A model generated the notes under the pieces. It searched no databases. It was not told the origin of the DNA and saw only the letters and a program-made list of their open reading frames with translations. Positions 38,243 through 47,945 of a stretch of 64,000 nt of DNA are shown in pieces (within the stretch, counting starts at the first letter, position 1; every line of letters starts with the position of its first letter). The stretch is from Acidimicrobiia bacterium. GTDB lineage: Bacteria > Actinomycetota > Acidimicrobiia > Spongiisociales > Spongiisociaceae. The DNA lies in NCBI GenBank assembly GCA_003229305.1, contig QIDH01000093.1:9756-73755 (forward strand), read 5' to 3'. A program made the translations under genes and the position numbers.

Positions 38243-38641
38243 TCAACGCACTCTGTCGACTCCGAGGGCGAGGATGGCGCCGAAAGCGAGGGCTGTTGTT
38301 ATGAAGATGATTGTTAGCCGGTTCCAACGTGGGGTCCACGGCTCCGCCTCTTGGCCCAGCCGAGCGTGAAACATGGCCGCGACGAGCCACAGCATGGCAT
38401 CAACCGGCCACGCAATCACCAGATCACCGCCGGGGATCACGGTGAAGACGGCCGAGACCGGGGTGCCGGCGAATATCAGCGTGAAGGAGAGCCATTCACA
38501 AACGCCGGTGCAGGAGTCCGGGCGCCCCAGGATGAAACCGGTGGCCCAGAGGATGGCTCCGATGCCGGCCAGGGCAATCGCGGTTGTGCCGACAACTCGA
38601 CAACCGATTCCTTCTTGTTGGCCTGGTGGCTGGTCGATCAA
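38243..38641 (-). CDS. Small integral membrane protein, hypothetical
   Basis: Four predicted TM segments. No motif recognised. Confidence 0.4.
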   Translation of the reverse strand: MIDQPPGQQEGIGCRVVGTTAIALAGIGAILWATGFILGRPDSCTGVCEWLSFTLIFAGTPVSAVFTVIPGGDLVIAWPVDAMLWLVAAMFHARLGQEAEPWTPRWNRLTIIFITTALAFGAILALGVDRVR

Positions 38642-38654
38642 ATTGCGACGAGCT

Positions 38655-39188
38655 TCAGGACTCGGTGATTTCCACCGACTCGATCACGCAGTCTTCGATC
38701 GGCTTTTCACCAGACCTGGGCTGAGCGGCGATGGCGTCGACTGCATCCAACCCGTCGGTGACGTTGCCGAAGATCGTATATGAGTGGGGCAGCCCGACAT
38801 CTTCCAGGCAAATGAAGAACTGGGATCCGTTGGTGTGTGGTCCTGCGTTGGCCATGGCGACGACGCCCCTGGAATATTCGCCTTCGCCCTCTACCTCGTC
38901 GCTGAATTGATATCCTGGACCCCCCCTGCCGGTCCCGGTCGGATCTCCGCCCTGGACAACGAAACCTGGAACAACCCGGTGGAAAATCACGCCGTCGTAG
39001 AAGCCATCGCGTGCGAGGAAGACGAAATTGTTGACCGCCATCGGTGAACGGGGGGTATCAAATTCGATCGTCACGTCGCCATGATTCGTGTGGAGAACGG
39101 CCGTGTATGTGGTGTCGAGGTCGACGCTCAGATCTGGAGCGGATGCGTATTCCTGGGCCATGTCAAGCCTTTCGCGGGTCGATGTCAA
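38655..39188 (-). CDS. Peptidyl-prolyl cis-trans isomerase, cyclophilin type
   Basis: Cyclophilin signature (FHRVVPGFVVQGGDPTGTGRGGPGYQF). Confidence 0.85.
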   Translation of the reverse strand: MTSTRERLDMAQEYASAPDLSVDLDTTYTAVLHTNHGDVTIEFDTPRSPMAVNNFVFLARDGFYDGVIFHRVVPGFVVQGGDPTGTGRGGPGYQFSDEVEGEGEYSRGVVAMANAGPHTNGSQFFICLEDVGLPHSYTIFGNVTDGLDAVDAIAAQPRSGEKPIEDCVIESVEITES

Positions 39189-39294
39189 TCGGCGAAGAGA
39201 TTAGGACCGCCCCGGGATAAACCCAATTGCCCGGCGGTGAGGGCGGAACCCTAGGTGGCGACTCGGCGATCGCCTGGTTCGATTCGCACCCGAG

Positions 39295-41532
39295 CTAGCG
39301 GCTCTGAGATTCGCGGAGACCGGCCAGGACCCGATCAGGGGTCAGAGGGAACTCGCTGAACCATACGCCGGTGGCGTCGTGAAGGGCGGCGACGATTGCC
39401 GGCGCATACGGGATCAGCGGCATTTCGGCCATCCCTCGTGCTCCCCAAGGGCCGAGGGGGTCTGCGATTTCGACGATGACGGTCTCGATTCGATCAGGCA
39501 CATCTTTGGTTCCGGGCACCAGATAGCCGGAGAAGGTCGGGTTGGTGATTCGGCCTTCCACCACGGACAGCCGTTCGGACAAGACGTAGCCGTGGGCTTG
39601 GACTATCGCCCCTTCAACCTGGCCGCGGACGAGGATTGGATTGATCGCCCTTCCGACGTCAATGGCGCACCAGACAGTGCCGACCCGCACATGGCCGGTT
39701 CCAACGTCGACTGCCACGTCGACGATCTCGGCGACATATCCGAACGCGAACACTGGCGAGCCGACGCCGGTTTCCGGATCGAGAGCTTCGGTCGGCGGTG
39801 GCACATATCGGAAGTCACCGACTGCAGGCCGTTCCCCCTCGTTCCAAGCCTTGGTCGCCACTTCGGCGGCACCTTGGATGGCATTGCCGGACATGAAGGT
39901 CAATCGTGAGGCAGACGCAGACCCTGAGTCGCCAGAAGTGGCCGTGTCCGAGAATGTGCCGGTCACTTTGTCAAGCGGCAGCCCGACCGCCTCAGCCGTC
40001 ATCTGGAGAAAGGCAGTGTGGGCGCCTTGTCCGACGTCCGCGCCGGCGTGGGCGAGATGTGCCGACTCGATGTCTTCGTCGCCGTCCAGGGTGACGGTCG
40101 CTTCGCAGCGTTCAGGAAAGCCCATTGCGAAGCCGACGTTCTTGAGGGCACAGGCGACCCCCCGACCAGAGCGGGTGGATGGCTGGTGGGCGCCGAGCGT
40201 GCGGATGGCGCTCACGGACGGCGGGTTGGCGATCGCCTCGCCCCATCCGGCCGCGCCAGAGCATGCATCGATCACCGCGTCGATGCTCACGCCATCAGGC
40301 ATCACCGTCTGGGTGATGAAGTCATCGCCGTCGTGGAGGATGTTGGCCATCCGGATCTCGACGGGGTCCATGCCGAGCGCATGGGCCATCTTGTTCATCT
40401 GTGTCTCGGAGACGAAAGAGCCCTGGGGGCCTCCGAAACCTCTGAAGGCGCCGCCAGGCACTGAGTGTGAATACACAGCCCTGGAATCGACTCTCGCGTT
40501 CGGAATGTTGTACGGCCCGGTCAGGGAGAGGTGCAGGTTGGCGAGCACTTTGTTCGAGGTGTAGTTGTATGCGCCGGAGTCCAATACGGCGTCTGCCTCG
40601 ACTGCAACGATCTTTCCATCTGAGGTGGCGCCCCACCTGGCTGTGACCTGTGCTCGGTGCCGCTTGTGGTGGCCGACGATGCTCTCTTCGCGGTTCCACA
40701 CCGTTCGAATCGGTCGGCTGATTCCCCGGTCCCGCATTTTCAGCGCAGCAGCGGCCATGACGATTTGCAGGCTCATGTCCTCTCTGCCGCCAAAGGCGCC
40801 GCCGATCGCAGGGTAGATCACCCTCACGACTTCGGGCGGGAGGTCGAGGGCGTGGGCGATCTGGCCCCGGTCCTCGTGAGCCCATTGTCCGGCAACCTCG
40901 ACTGTGACCCTGCCATGGTCGTCGATGTAGGAGACGGCGGCTTCCGGCTGCAGGTATGCGTGTTCCTGGTGGGGGAGGGTGTAGGTGCCTTCGATGATGT
41001 GGTCCGCCATGGCCCAGCCGACTTCGATGTCCCCTTTTCGGATTTTCAGCTGGTAGTAGGTGTTGGTTTCGAGCCCGTTCTCGGGGTGGACCAACGCTCC
41101 GTTTGTTTCTGTTTCTGAGAAGTCCGGAGCCATCTGGAGCTGCTCCCAGGTGATGTCCAATGCCTTCGCTCCTGCCAGGGCGGCCTCCGTTGTTTCAGCG
41201 ATCACGACTGCGACCTGATCCGCTTCCCATCTCGACACGTCGGAAGGCACCTTCGACCTGCCAGTTCCGTCGACTCCAACCAACACAGGTTGGTCGAACA
41301 TGGTGAGCCCGTATTCGTTCATCGGGATGTCCGCCGCGGTGACAACATCGACGACGCCGGCTATTGCCACTGCCCGGTCCGTGCTCATGGACAACATGAG
41401 GGCGTGTGGTTGGTCCGAGAAGACCACCTTGGCCGTGAGTGCGTCTTTGGCTTCCAGATCTCCTGGATACAGCGCTGCCCCAGTCACCTTGGCATGACTG
41501 TCACGCCTGACTGCGTCGGCTCCGATGGTCAT
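39295..41532 (-). CDS. Xanthine dehydrogenase family molybdopterin-binding large subunit
   Basis: N-terminal a/b-hammerhead start (SHAKVTGAALYPGD) and Mo-cofactor binding blocks (GGAFGGRED; AFRGFGGPQG). The start ATG at 41532 is in an ATGA overlap with the upstream FAD/FeS gene. Confidence 0.85.
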   Translation of the reverse strand: MTIGADAVRRDSHAKVTGAALYPGDLEAKDALTAKVVFSDQPHALMLSMSTDRAVAIAGVVDVVTAADIPMNEYGLTMFDQPVLVGVDGTGRSKVPSDVSRWEADQVAVVIAETTEAALAGAKALDITWEQLQMAPDFSETETNGALVHPENGLETNTYYQLKIRKGDIEVGWAMADHIIEGTYTLPHQEHAYLQPEAAVSYIDDHGRVTVEVAGQWAHEDRGQIAHALDLPPEVVRVIYPAIGGAFGGREDMSLQIVMAAAALKMRDRGISRPIRTVWNREESIVGHHKRHRAQVTARWGATSDGKIVAVEADAVLDSGAYNYTSNKVLANLHLSLTGPYNIPNARVDSRAVYSHSVPGGAFRGFGGPQGSFVSETQMNKMAHALGMDPVEIRMANILHDGDDFITQTVMPDGVSIDAVIDACSGAAGWGEAIANPPSVSAIRTLGAHQPSTRSGRGVACALKNVGFAMGFPERCEATVTLDGDEDIESAHLAHAGADVGQGAHTAFLQMTAEAVGLPLDKVTGTFSDTATSGDSGSASASRLTFMSGNAIQGAAEVATKAWNEGERPAVGDFRYVPPPTEALDPETGVGSPVFAFGYVAEIVDVAVDVGTGHVRVGTVWCAIDVGRAINPILVRGQVEGAIVQAHGYVLSERLSVVEGRITNPTFSGYLVPGTKDVPDRIETVIVEIADPLGPWGARGMAEMPLIPYAPAIVAALHDATGVWFSEFPLTPDRVLAGLRESQSR

Positions 41533-42971
41533 GACCCAGCCTGCCCGTCGGTCATCGCAAGTGCCTCGATGATCGATTCGTATCCGGTGCATCTGCAGAT
41601 ATTTCCGCCAAGGCCTTCACGGAACTCCGAGGAAGTCAGGCCGGCGTGTTCGGAGAGGAGCGAGGAAGCACACATGACAAAACCAGGGGTGCAGAATCCG
41701 CATTGCACGGCCCCGAGTCTGACCAAATTGTCCTGAAGTCGGCGGTCCCGATCGGTGTTCAGTCCTTCGATGGTCGTGACCGAGTGTCCATCTGCAGCTG
41801 CGGCGGGTACGAGACAGGCGAGCACCGCTTGGCCGTCCATGTGAACTGTGCATGCGCCGCATTCGCCCTCTGCACAGCCTTCCTTGGTTCCGGTCAGGAG
41901 GGTGTCGGTTCCGTTGCGGGCGTTGGTCCTTATCCAATCGAGAAGCGTCTCGTGAGTGCCGTCGAGGCCGGCGACTTCGCTTCCGTTGACCTCAATGGAG
42001 ATGGAGTCCGTCGCTCCGATCGAAGTGGGACCGGACGAGTGGGAACTCTGGCCATTGTTCAGGGTGATGACCCGATCTGGCCACTGGTCTGCTTCCGAAC
42101 CGTCCGAGAGAGCTTTGAGCATCCGGGAAACTGCCAAGCGCACCATCTGGGTCCGGTACTCGGCCGTGGCCCTTCCATCGGATATGGGATTGACCTCGTC
42201 GGCGGCTGCCTGTGCGCAAGTTTCGATCGCCTCGTCTGTCAGCGCACCGCCCAACAAGAGATCGGCTGCGTTGGCCAGAACGACCACAGGGGCGACGCTG
42301 CCGAGCGCGATTCTTGCACCTTCGACCACCCCATCCGATTGTGAGATCACAATCGCGGCGTGCACAACTGAGATCGCCTGGGCCGACCGCAGGCCGACTT
42401 TGGCGAAGATTCCCGCCTGGTCGTGTCCGAGGCTGGGAAACGAGATCAGTGTGAGCATTTCGTTGGGCTTCATGACCGTCTTGCGCACGCCAATGTAGAA
42501 ATCGGACATGGCAACGGTTCGCACTCCCTCTCTCGAGGTGAGTTCTACGGTGGCGTCCATAGCCAGGAGCGCCGAGATGGTGTCGTTGGCCGGGCTGGCG
42601 GTGATCAGATTGCCTGCGACAGTGGCCTGGTTTCGTAGCTGAGCCGAGCCAACCTCGAGCGAGGCCTGGCCAAGGGGGAGTCCTTTGCGTCTGATGGTCT
42701 CGGATGCAACGACCTGGCGGTGAGTGGTGGAGGGGCCGAGCGTTACTGAATCGCCAACCTCCGAAATCCGGTCGAGTCCTTCGATTGCCGACAGGTCGAT
42801 CATGACCTCGACATCCCTGACCTTCCGCTGCATTTCGAGGAGCAGGTCCGTGGCTCCCGCGACGATGCGAGCCCGACCCTCATACTGATCCAGCAGTCGG
42901 ACGACTTCTTCGATGCTGGCAGGACGCAGGTACCTGTCGACCGCCCATGTGCGGTCCTGTACCTGGTGCAT
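41529..42971 (-). CDS. XDH-family electron-transfer subunit: N-terminal FAD-binding (CoxM-like) domain fused to C-terminal 2x[2Fe-2S] (CoxS-like) domain
   Basis: FAD domain (YLRPASIEEVVRLL...RIVAGATDLL). C-terminal plant-type and second 2Fe-2S motifs (CAEGECGACTV...; CGFCTPGFV...CRCTGY). The FAD-then-FeS order is the reverse of the common FeS-FAD arrangement. Confidence 0.8.
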   Translation of the reverse strand: MHQVQDRTWAVDRYLRPASIEEVVRLLDQYEGRARIVAGATDLLLEMQRKVRDVEVMIDLSAIEGLDRISEVGDSVTLGPSTTHRQVVASETIRRKGLPLGQASLEVGSAQLRNQATVAGNLITASPANDTISALLAMDATVELTSREGVRTVAMSDFYIGVRKTVMKPNEMLTLISFPSLGHDQAGIFAKVGLRSAQAISVVHAAIVISQSDGVVEGARIALGSVAPVVVLANAADLLLGGALTDEAIETCAQAAADEVNPISDGRATAEYRTQMVRLAVSRMLKALSDGSEADQWPDRVITLNNGQSSHSSGPTSIGATDSISIEVNGSEVAGLDGTHETLLDWIRTNARNGTDTLLTGTKEGCAEGECGACTVHMDGQAVLACLVPAAAADGHSVTTIEGLNTDRDRRLQDNLVRLGAVQCGFCTPGFVMCASSLLSEHAGLTSSEFREGLGGNICRCTGYESIIEALAMTDGQAGS

Positions 42972-43585
42972 CAGCCGGTCGTCCCTGTCGAGGCTCTTGA
43001 ACTGTTGTAGATCACGCTTCCGGCCTCCTGGTACATGACGAGGACCTCGGTCGCTTCGGAGCGCATCACGTCCCTGACCACCTCCACACCCCGCGACTCG
43101 AGCGATTCGATCCAGTTCGCCGGCTTGTCTCCCTCATCGAACCCAACGGCCCGAGCGTCCGAATCCCTGGCGCCGATGATCACTTGGGACACTCCGCTCC
43201 AAGGTGTTGCTCCAAGGCACATAGCGCACGGTTCGACGCTCGTGACCAGCACGGCCGGCCGGTTGCCTTGGTCGCCAAGGTCGAATCGACCGAGTCTGGC
43301 ACCGGCAATCGATATCGCGACAATTTCGGCGTGGGCGGTCGGGTTGGATTCCGGGACGACCAGATTGACGCCTGGAGCGATGAGGCGGTCCGTGGATCTG
43401 TCAAACACCGCTGCACCGAATGGCCCGCCAGTGTCCCGTTCGACGTTGTGTCTGGCAAGCATGGTTACCAGCGCCATCTTGTCGAGGGCGCTGGGATGGC
43501 CCTTGTCGAAATCGACGGCCTCATCCACCCAGTCTGGGAGCCGGCATTCGTATCCCATCGGTCCTTCGACCACGTCAGCCCCCAT
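42971..43585 (-). CDS. CDA-fold (cytidine/deoxycytidylate deaminase family) zinc deaminase, likely guanine deaminase-type
   Basis: Zinc-binding HAEIVAI...PCAMC motifs. The protein is longer than a tRNA adenosine deaminase and sits inside a purine-oxidation operon. Confidence 0.7.
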   Translation of the reverse strand: MGADVVEGPMGYECRLPDWVDEAVDFDKGHPSALDKMALVTMLARHNVERDTGGPFGAAVFDRSTDRLIAPGVNLVVPESNPTAHAEIVAISIAGARLGRFDLGDQGNRPAVLVTSVEPCAMCLGATPWSGVSQVIIGARDSDARAVGFDEGDKPANWIESLESRGVEVVRDVMRSEATEVLVMYQEAGSVIYNSSRASTGTTG

Positions 43586-43940
43586 TCTTGAGCGCGCTCA
43601 AGTAGTTGTAGATGGTGATGCGGCTCACGCCCATCGCCTCGCCAATATCTTCGATCGATTTACGGAGCCGGAACGCGCCCCTTTCGTCGAGGAGCAGCAC
43701 GGCGCGTTGTTTGGTTGCTCGATCCAGCTCGGCGAGGGGCGCGCCAAGTTGATGTTCGACCGTCGCTACGAGACGGTCGAGCGAAACCATGTCGGCCAAT
43801 CGCACTCCGACGGCCGGTTCGCCTTCCCAGTCGAGGGTGATGTCGCCTTGTTCGATCTCGTCCAACGGGATCACGGCCCCCCCGATCGCATCGATCAGCG
43901 GCTTCAATGTCAGAGCGAGCGGGTGGGGACGTGCACTCAC
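43575..43940 (-). CDS. PucR-like C-terminal HTH DNA-binding protein (putative regulator of the nucleobase operons)
   Basis: C-terminal HTH (IEDIGEAMGVSRITIYNYLSALK). Start set to the GTG at 43940, in a GTGA overlap with the upstream small gene. The longer ORF adds an Arg-rich N-terminus that looks non-native. Confidence 0.45.
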   Translation of the reverse strand: MSARPHPLALTLKPLIDAIGGAVIPLDEIEQGDITLDWEGEPAVGVRLADMVSLDRLVATVEHQLGAPLAELDRATKQRAVLLLDERGAFRLRKSIEDIGEAMGVSRITIYNYLSALKNGG

Positions 43941-44179
43941 GAGTCCTCCATCACGACCTCGACGAGAACCCGGTGTGCGCCGTCGCTGACCGCTGACACC
44001 ACCATGGCCGCGATCGCGTCGGAAACTTCCGCCACGTTTCCAGTCACCGATGAACCGAAAGGACCCATCGACACTGCGAGACCCTTGGTCTCCATTGCCT
44101 CGATTCCGGACAGGACGTGGGGCCCTGGTGAGTCTGCGGAGAACGGTTCGATCACGAACTCGACGGTACAATCGCTCAT
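43937..44179 (-). CDS. Small protein, MTH1187/YkoF (DUF77)-like
   Basis: 80 aa, beginning VEFVIEPF...SGIEAMETKGLAV, like the YkoF/MTH1187 family. It is the first gene of the minus-strand nucleobase operon. Confidence 0.4.
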   Translation of the reverse strand: MSDCTVEFVIEPFSADSPGPHVLSGIEAMETKGLAVSMGPFGSSVTGNVAEVSDAIAAMVVSAVSDGAHRVLVEVVMEDS

Positions 44180-44309
44180 GTGATCCGGCTCGCGGGGGTG
44201 CCATGTCCGCCCGATTGGTTGAGATTTCGACAGGCCGCTGGGAAGAGACCGGAGCGGGTTGCTCCCGACATGAAGCTTCCTCTCGTCTAATGCTGAGGAC
44301 GCTACCGGC

Positions 44310-44365
44310 GATTTTACAAAATGTCAAAAAACACTTGACAAAATGTTAAGCGATCGACACAATCG
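44310..44365 (+). promoter_or_regulatory. AT-rich divergent promoter/operator region: sigma70-like TTGACA-17-CACAAT plus two direct copies of ACAAAATGT
   Basis: ACAAAATGT sits at 44315..44323 and 44337..44345, 22 bp apart. TTGACA at 44334..44339 and CACAAT at 44357..44362 are oriented toward the + operon that starts at 44442. This is the only strongly AT-rich stretch in a ~65% GC context. Confidence 0.4.
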
Positions 44366-44441
44366 CGTTCACATCAGTTCGGATCGGCAGCCCATGATTC
44401 CTGGCTGTTTTCCATAGGGCAAGTATCGAGGAGGGTGACTC

Positions 44442-45374
44442 TTGGCGAGGAAGATCACGGTTGGCGCGGCGCAGATGGGGGAGATTGCGCGTACCGAGAC
44501 CCGAGTCGAAGTGGTCAAACGGTTGATCACCTTGCTAGACGAGGGCGCCGAGCGTGGTTGTGACTTGGTCGTATTTCCGGAGCTGACCCTTACAACCTTC
44601 TTCCCGAGATGGTTCATCGAAGACAAGCAAGAGATCGAGGCCTGGTTCGAAGCCGAGATGCCGGGGCCGGACACCAAACCGCTGTTCGATCGAGCGTCGG
44701 AACTGGGGGTGGGATTCTGTCTCGGGTACGCCGAACTGTTCACAGACGCCGATGGGACCAAACATCGATACAACACCCAGATCCTCGTCGAGAAGGACGG
44801 CTCGGTGGTCGCAAAGTACCGCAAGGTGCATGTGCCGGGTCACGAGGAGCACGAACCGGACCGCCCCTTTCAACATGCGGAGCGGTACTACTTTGAACCG
44901 GGTCCAGATGGCTTCGATGTGTGGGACGCCTTTGGGGGGACCGTCGGAATGGCAATCTGCAATGATCGTCGTTGGCCCGAGACGTATCGGGTGATGGGGC
45001 TCAAGGGCGTCGAACTCATCCTGATCGGGTACAACACTCCGCTCCACTACGAGCCGGACCCCCAGCAGAACGCGTTGGCCGGTTTCCACAACCACCTCGT
45101 GATGCAATCAGGCGCCTATCAGAACGGCACCTTTGTGGTCGGCGTCGCCAAGGGCGGAATCGAGGAGGGCGTTGACTCTTTGGCGCAGTCCGCCATCTAT
45201 GCCCCCTCCGGCCAGATCGTCGCGCAGTGCATCACAACCGGGGATGAGATCGCAGTTGCCACTCTTGATCTCGATTTCTGCGGGTACTACAAAAACACAC
45301 TCTTCGACTTCGATCGATACCGACAACCTCAGCATTACGGGATCATCACCGAGATCAACGGAGGCCAGGAATGA
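44442..45374 (+). CDS. Nitrilase-superfamily C-N hydrolase, N-carbamoyl-amino-acid amidohydrolase / beta-ureidopropionase-like
   Basis: Has the CN_hydrolase catalytic Glu (VVFPEL) and Cys (MAICND) contexts (VGAAQMGEI...DLVVFPEL...; AICNDRRWPE). Confidence 0.8.
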   Translation: MARKITVGAAQMGEIARTETRVEVVKRLITLLDEGAERGCDLVVFPELTLTTFFPRWFIEDKQEIEAWFEAEMPGPDTKPLFDRASELGVGFCLGYAELFTDADGTKHRYNTQILVEKDGSVVAKYRKVHVPGHEEHEPDRPFQHAERYYFEPGPDGFDVWDAFGGTVGMAICNDRRWPETYRVMGLKGVELILIGYNTPLHYEPDPQQNALAGFHNHLVMQSGAYQNGTFVVGVAKGGIEEGVDSLAQSAIYAPSGQIVAQCITTGDEIAVATLDLDFCGYYKNTLFDFDRYRQPQHYGIITEINGGQE

Positions 45375-47944
45375 CGACGTTGTTCGAGCTGAACGGAAAC
45401 CAAGTCGAGGTATACGAACAGCACCCCCATCTACTCGCGGCTCTCCGCAACGAGCTCGGAGTCACCTCCCCCAAGGACGGATGTTCTCCTTCCGGCCAAT
45501 GCGGAGCGTGCACTGTCCTGGTCGATGGCAGGGCGAAGATCAGTTGCTCGATTTCGCTGGACAAGGCAGAAGGCAAATCGATCACCACCCTCGAAGGGTT
45601 CGACCAAACCGAGCGAGACCGATATGCCAACGCATTTGCGGCCACAGGAGCGCTGCAATGTGGTTTCTGCACACCAGGCATAGTTGTGCGAGCCAAAGCG
45701 CTGATCGATCAGAAGGGTCCAGATCTCGACCGGGCGACGATTGAAGGTCGACTTGGCGCGCACCTGTGTCGGTGCACTGGCTACACCAAGATCATCGAGG
45801 CTGTTGAGCTGCTCGCCTCCGGAGAGTCGATCCCCATTCGTGGGCGTTCGGCCAAGATCGGCGGCGACGGCATCAAGTATGAGGCGAACGAGCTGTCGCT
45901 AGGCGATCGTGGATTCGTCGACGACATCGCCATCGACGGGATGTTGCACGCCGTCCTTCGGTTCACCGATCACGCCCGTGCAGATGTCCTCGCCATCGAC
46001 ACATCCGCGGCACTCGCGGCCGACGGCGTTGTTGCCGTCTACACCGCGGCCGACATTCCTGGTGATCTTCGGGTTGGGATTCTCTACAAGGACTGGCCGG
46101 TGATGATCCCGGAGGGAGGCAGGACCTCTTATCGAGGCGATGTCCTCGCCATCGTGCTCGCAAATGATGTCGTGAGAGCCAGGGCTGCGGTCGAGCTGGT
46201 CGAGGTCGCCTACGAAGTTCACACGCCGTTTTCTGACGTCAACGTTGCCCTCGCCTCCGACGAAGACGTGGTGTGGGAATTGGACGGCAACGTACTGTCG
46301 ACCTCCGAATATGCCAGAGGAGACGTAGATCTTGCCCTGGCAGAAGCGGCCCATGTCGTTCACGAGGTGTTCACGACTCAGAGAGTCGAGCATGCGTTCT
46401 TGGAGCCCGAATCGACTGTCGCTGTGCCAGGTGAACACGGGACACTGCATGTCTATTCGGGCGGGCAAGGGATTTGGGACGACCGGGATCAGATCGCCGC
46501 GATCCTCGCCGTGGACACGTCGAAGGTCACCGTTGAGCTGATTTCGAACGGGGGAGCGTTCGGCGGCAAGGAGGACATGTCCAACCAGGGCCATACGGCT
46601 CTCGCCGCACACCTGTCGGGTCTGCCCGTCAAGAGCACGCTCACCAGGCCAGAATCCTTCCTCATGCATCCGAAGCGCCACCCGATCACGACGGAGATCT
46701 GGATGGGTTGCGACACCGAGGGCAGGGTCAACGCGGTCAAGGCCAGGATGATCGGGGATTCCGGTCCGTATGCCTCAGTCGGGATGAAGGTCCTCGAACG
46801 AGCGGCCGGTCACGCCTGCGGGCCGTATGCGGTGGAAAACGTCGACGTGAGGGCCGTTGCTGTTCGAACGAACAACCCGGTTTGTGGAGCCTTCAGGGGA
46901 TTCGGCGCCAACCAGGCCCAGTTCGCCACCGAGGGGGCGATCGATCGCCTCGCCGAGAAAGTGGGCATCTCAGGCTGGGAGATCAGGGAGCGCAACGTCG
47001 CCCGTCCGGGCTCGGTGTGGGGGCCTGGCCAGATCATGGATGACGGAGTGCTGGGCATCGTCGAGTGCCTGGACGCGGTCCGTCCTCATTACGAGGCAGC
47101 CATCGAAGCGGGCAAGGCCGTTGGTATCGGGGCCGGCATCAAGAACTCCGGCCTCGGCAACGGATTCAAGGAGGTCGCGAAGGCGGTTGTCAGGTTCAAC
47201 GAGGAGGGCACGATCGACGTGCGCCACGCCTGGACAGAGATGGGCCAGGGGGTGCACACCGTCGCCCTCCAGGTCGCGGCCGACCTGCTCAGCGCTGACC
47301 CGGACAAGATTCGAGTGCTCGCCGATACCAGCCGCGACCTCTCCGCCGGTCAAACGACCGGTTCGAGAGGAACGCTGATGGCAGCCGGATCGATTGAGGA
47401 CGCGTGTCGAAATGCCATCGCAGACGGCTGCCAGATAGACATCGACTATCACGGTTCTTACACGGTGGACTGGACGAACTCGATCAACGACGGTGTCGAC
47501 AACCCGATCATCCATTCGGCTTTCGGCTATGCGTGCCAGGTAGTCATCGCCGACCCTGACACCGGCAAGATCGAGCGAGTGGTGGCTGCTCACGACGTAG
47601 GAAGAGCGATCAATCCTGTACTGGCGGCCGGTCAGGTCGAAGGGGCCGTTCACATGGGTCTCGGCTACGCGCTCACCGAAGAATTTCCAACAGACGAAGA
47701 CGCCATGCCGACCAAGTCGACCCTCAGGCAACTCGACATAATCCGACCTAAGGACATGCCAGAAATCGAAGTGATACTCATAGAGGTGCCCCAGCCGAGG
47801 TCGCCATTTGGGATCAAAGGTGTCGGGGAAATCGGACTCGTGCCGACCGCAGGAGCGGTGGCCGCCGCCTATCACGCGCTCGACGGCAAGTGGAGAACTC
47901 GCCTCCCGCTGAACGTGCACGAACCCCTCGAAATCGGAGACTGA
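45371..47944 (+). CDS. FAD-less molybdenum hydroxylase: N-terminal 2x[2Fe-2S] domain fused to molybdopterin-binding domain (XdhD / aldehyde oxidoreductase-like)
   Basis: ATGA overlap with the upstream gene. 2Fe-2S motifs (GCSPSGQCGACTV; CGFCTPGIV; CRCTGY), then the a/b-hammerhead and MoCo-binding domains (GGAFGGKED; AFRGFGANQA). No FAD domain. 857 aa. Confidence 0.85.
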   Translation: MTTLFELNGNQVEVYEQHPHLLAALRNELGVTSPKDGCSPSGQCGACTVLVDGRAKISCSISLDKAEGKSITTLEGFDQTERDRYANAFAATGALQCGFCTPGIVVRAKALIDQKGPDLDRATIEGRLGAHLCRCTGYTKIIEAVELLASGESIPIRGRSAKIGGDGIKYEANELSLGDRGFVDDIAIDGMLHAVLRFTDHARADVLAIDTSAALAADGVVAVYTAADIPGDLRVGILYKDWPVMIPEGGRTSYRGDVLAIVLANDVVRARAAVELVEVAYEVHTPFSDVNVALASDEDVVWELDGNVLSTSEYARGDVDLALAEAAHVVHEVFTTQRVEHAFLEPESTVAVPGEHGTLHVYSGGQGIWDDRDQIAAILAVDTSKVTVELISNGGAFGGKEDMSNQGHTALAAHLSGLPVKSTLTRPESFLMHPKRHPITTEIWMGCDTEGRVNAVKARMIGDSGPYASVGMKVLERAAGHACGPYAVENVDVRAVAVRTNNPVCGAFRGFGANQAQFATEGAIDRLAEKVGISGWEIRERNVARPGSVWGPGQIMDDGVLGIVECLDAVRPHYEAAIEAGKAVGIGAGIKNSGLGNGFKEVAKAVVRFNEEGTIDVRHAWTEMGQGVHTVALQVAADLLSADPDKIRVLADTSRDLSAGQTTGSRGTLMAAGSIEDACRNAIADGCQIDIDYHGSYTVDWTNSINDGVDNPIIHSAFGYACQVVIADPDTGKIERVVAAHDVGRAINPVLAAGQVEGAVHMGLGYALTEEFPTDEDAMPTKSTLRQLDIIRPKDMPEIEVILIEVPQPRSPFGIKGVGEIGLVPTAGAVAAAYHALDGKWRTRLPLNVHEPLEIGD

Positions 47945-47945
47945 C

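Noticed and set aside
45371-47944. Reading the 857-aa Mo enzyme as a CO dehydrogenase large subunit.
   Set aside because: It carries fused N-terminal 2Fe-2S domains and no separate CoxM/CoxS partners in its operon. Its context with the carbamoylase, amidohydrolase and DPD-like genes argues for N-heterocycle hydroxylation rather than CO oxidation. The CODH active-site loop could not be verified by eye.
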